Under the pieces are notes generated by a model. That model saw only the letters and a list, made by a program, of their open reading frames with translations, did no database searches and was not told where the DNA came from. A stretch of 64,000 nt of DNA from Bispira polyomma. Taxonomy: Eukaryota. Numbering within the stretch: position 1 is the stretch's first letter; each line of letters begins with the position of its first letter. Both the position numbers and the translations under genes were made by a program. The DNA lies in NCBI GenBank assembly GCA_965649765.1, contig OZ287750.1:58652001-58716000 (forward strand), read 5' to 3'. Positions 60,080 through 64,000 of the stretch are shown here, one piece after another.

Positions 60080-60330
60080 TGTACGTCTAACGCGATTGAA
60101 ATCACCTCGTACATATGACTTGGTTACCCGTCTTTGTGACGTCATTCACTCTGATGACGATTTGAGTATTGCGTCACAATGAATTATTACGTCACAAACT
60201 GTACATATTCACCAACGCAAATATTTACACAAAAACGATGCTGCGAATGAATTTGTATTCATAGGTTGCAACTACGTCATTAGATCTCGAGTTCTCACTT
60301 CCGGCCGCCATTTTATAGGGCAACCGTGAT
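60080..60330. promoter_or_regulatory. CpG-enriched promoter-like region (CRE, ETS and YY1-like motifs)
   Basis: TGACGTCA at 60137-60144 plus several CGTCA half-sites; CACTTCCGG at 60296-60304 abutting CCGCCATTTT at 60305-60314; immediately upstream of the - strand ORF. Confidence 0.55.
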
Positions 60331-61164
60331 TTCGATAGCAAACTTACAAATATTTAATATTTATCTCATATTTTACCTTTACACGGTCGCGAGAGGCCAA
60401 ATTAATGGCTGGAACTATCTTACACAAGTACCCACAGCGTATGCAGTATTTTAAAAGTCTTTCTTGTAGACTTATTATGCCGTAGGTAATTTTGTGAGAT
60501 ACTGTCAGTCCTCAATTTGGCCTCTAGCATGTTTTATATGTTTATTTATTCTCAAACACAGCCTAATCGATGAAAGAAACCACATAAAATGGGTACTAGT
60601 ACCCATATTTAAACTTGAATATTGCAGGCATTTTTGGACCGATTTTAATGCAACAAAAATCACAATAATCACAATATAATAAGCTTTCTTACCATTTTTT
60701 TTAGGAAATTTTTACCTTCAGTTAATAATAAATAAGTGGCAATATGGCTGTATACAGCTTTATATGTCAAAATTATAGATGCATCGAAATAGAATGGGGT
60801 ACCCGTATGTAAACTAACATATCTGGGCCGTATCTCAACAGAATTTGATGCAACAAAAAGCAAAGTAATCGCAATGATGAAAGCTTTTTTTAAATTTTAA
60901 CTTCAGTATTTAATTAATATCATAGGTTGCAACTACGTGAAATTGACTTATACAATAGTTCTACTTAAAATGTTTCAACAGTGTATGATACCGTCTATTG
61001 TAACAACAGCCCTCCCCTTTTTTAGAACATTAGTGAAGTTTTTCCCGAGCAAGAACTATAAGCCCAATATTTGAACGGAAATAATAAGACCAAGACAAAC
61101 AGGAAAAAAGTCAGTGCGCCATTTCTAGTGTGAATATGACTGCAAGGCTAATGTGTGTGTATTT

Positions 61165-61207
<43 letters not shown>

Positions 61208-63088
61208 ATTAATTACTAGAACTGTACAACACAATAAAGACTGTGACTCTCATGCTGTGTCTCCTAATGTCCTTGTTGTTGCCTTCCTGGGGGTTTCCCC
61301 CCATAATTGGGCATAAACTAGTTGTTGTGGGGGCTGCTGTCCATTACAGCTTTTATTGGGACGAAAGTGCATATAGCGGTTAGGAAACTGCTTGTGGTGG
61401 TTCTACGCAGTGGGTAATTAAAGGTATAGTTTGTTATAAAGCCTATATGCTGTAGAAAAAGCAATGTTAGTATACAGAGGCTGATTTACTTTGCCCCCTC
61501 AGAGCTTGAGAGTAGATGTGTGTGTTTGATTTCTTCATTTTTTTTTATTAATTTGATACAGCTAGCTATAGAGCTATGAAATCAAACCTTTTGTATATGT
61601 GATTAAAAAATAAGCAGATAAACACTTGTTTAGAAAGCAGGCCTTTGATTTTTTGTTGTTGATATATTTTTTTGCTGGCTGCCATATATTTTCCTTGTTG
61701 ATACAATTAGGAGAATACTTTCCAGTGATATATAAATGTTTCAGTGATAAAGTTGTCAAGCCAATTGAATCAAAGTAAATGACTTTCGTGGATTTTTTCT
61801 CATTGCATTTGCAAAACTATGGGGATATAATCATAGTGATTTTGATGATGATCAGGAATACATGTATAATGATTTAACATCAGTAAATGGTAAGTAATAA
61901 CTATGTAAATACTTAATAAAATAGAAAAGGAAAAGGTAATTGTCAGTTGATTTAGCTGGGTATATTTTAGGCTTTACTTATTCTTGTATATTTCAATTAT
62001 GATTCTTTTCTGTTTAAAAAATGTATACCTTAGATTGCAATTACAGTAGAACATGTTGGGAGCGAGGAAAATTGTGTGTGGATAATAGAAGTTTTCCAAA
62101 ATAGAACAGCCATTTCTGTATAAAATGAAAGAGAAACCAAAAATTGGGACAGTAGAAATGAGTTGAGAATTTTAAATATTTGGATAATAGAACCCGTTGG
62201 AACGACGGAAGCCTATACAGCCCATATATTAAAGAAAAACAATTATCTAGTAAAACAAGTCATATTGTGTAATTTCTTATGATTACTAGATATATCTTGT
62301 AATTACTGCATTTACAAAACTAGGGGGATATAATTAGAAGAAAGTGCACTTATCTTGTAATTACAAAATAAGATAGTGCTATGTTGTTATTACAAGATAT
62401 TTTATTTCCTTTAAGTGTAACCTGTATAGACTTCCATATGGAGCAGATAATAGAGGCCCTACTGTATGTCAATTATATTTGTAACCCATATACAAAATAA
62501 GCTTTATGTTGAAGTCATGTTACTTTCTTTTCTGAGGATTACTAGATGCCATCTCAGTTAAGTTTGACAATTTGGATAGACCTAAGATATTAAATTTTTT
62601 TTCTGTATTTGTGAAAAATAAGTTTCTTAAGATTACAGTAAGATAATGACTCAGTTGATATTCCTTCTAAAATACAAAGCAACATTTTTTCTAGAAATAA
62701 TGGCAACAGAACCCATCCAAAATAACTAACATTCAAAAGCATTGTTAGCGATCATTCTGCTTAATACCCACTGCTATTTGGCTGCGCCTTCTGTTGTTTA
62801 AAAACAAAACATATCAGTTAATCTTCTTCAGGCAAAACCAGTGTTGGTTTTAAATTAGCCAAAGAGAACATGTTTTCTATATCCCTAGTAAAAATATAAC
62901 CACAGATGCACACACAGTACTAATTTGCTGTTGTTTGTAAACTGAAAGGTGTTTTCAGTCCTATTTATTGGATCCAATCCCACGTTACCTCTGAGCACCT
63001 GTTTTGTGAATGTAATCTTTTAACATTTTGATCGGTTTCAATTAACTGATGTAAGGTTGTTGGAAAACTGCAACATGTGCATCGGACT

Positions 63089-63480
63089 AGGAACACCTAC
63101 AAGCAAGGAACTCTACATAGCTACACCACCAGACCTTTATAAGCCTGAATCACCTTAAATAGCAGCTATTTACATAAACCTACACTACTTAATGTATCCC
63201 TCGTCTCTGGTCACGTCTGGTAACACCTACAAGCAAGGAACTCTACATAGTCACACAACCAGGCCTTTATAAGCAATCACCTTACATATCACCTATTTAC
63301 ATCAACCTTTCTTACCTACCTAATGCATCCCTCGTCTATGGTCGACGTCTGGGAACACCTACAAGCAAGGAACTCTAAATAGCCACACAACTAGGCCTTT
63401 ATAAGCCTGAATCACCTAAAATATCACCTATTTACATCAACCTTCCTCACTTATTGCATCCCTCGTCTATAGTCATGTCT
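63089..63480 (+). repeat. ~130-bp tandem repeat x3
   Basis: AACACCTACAAGCAAGGAACTCTA.ATAG at ~63092, 63222 and 63354. Confidence 0.9.
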
Positions 63481-64000
63481 CCCTGGGTTACTGACCCTTT
63501 TATGCCCCTCAATTTTATATTTTTGCCTTCTAATTTTTGGTTTTAGTGCACTGAGTTTATCTTTTTCTGAGGTAATATATTGTGGAAAAACTGTCATTTG
63601 ATTAAATTAGATTGTTGTAAACACCTCTGTGCATCTTATATGTGATCACTTTAAAAAAGTTGATCTCTATTTAAAAATGTGAGTGCGGACTGGGCGAAAA
63701 GAATTTAATTAAATAAGCTATTTCTTTTTACACTACATGCTTCAACATGGTCTTGTCATTTCAGACATCTTCGTCCATTTCAATTACTTAAACTTACATC
63801 AAAACACTGAGCAATTCAAAATATGAGGACCTCCAAACTTTGCAATCAGACTCTAGTGGATTCTGCAAACTGAAAGCTGCCCAGAACACTATAGGTCTTA
63901 GATATTGGAGAATGCTGGAATTCAGTATTACTCATATTAAACTTACACAGAATGCTAACTCAAATATTTACTGGAAATTACTGTTTTCTGTATAGGTTTA

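Noticed and set aside
61745-63960. Exons of a divergent + strand gene (donor at 61890, acceptor ~63765)
   Set aside because: The joined frames contain stops and give no recognisable protein; it could be UTR or noncoding, but this is unsupported.

Overview
AT-rich eukaryotic genomic DNA, probably from an invertebrate animal; the SINE and Helentron families look mollusc/lophotrochozoan-like, but that is inference. Positions 1-38947 hold a + strand, 12-exon gene (5' end outside the window) for a divergent methylcrotonoyl-CoA carboxylase beta-subunit-like carboxyltransferase (MCCC2-like), ending ...YGVLRM*. At least 5 of its 22 visible splice sites have been amplified into tandem arrays that copy the exon/intron junction, creating decoy donors or acceptors. 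Its introns contain nested mobile elements. The most notable is an intact Penelope-like (Neptune-type RT + GIY-YIG) retroelement with an inverted hammerhead ribozyme on the host sense strand, inserted with a 15-bp TSD inside a MULE-type MITE. The introns also hold a MULE transposase remnant, Helentron/HINE elements with internal satellites, L2/CR1 remnants, tRNA-derived SINEs and many MITEs. The region 39-59 kb is 3'UTR plus repeat-rich intergenic DNA. At 59113-60033 (-) is an intronless, unrecognised predicted membrane protein with three 30-aa amphipathic repeats, next to a CRE/ETS/YY1-rich promoter-like region.
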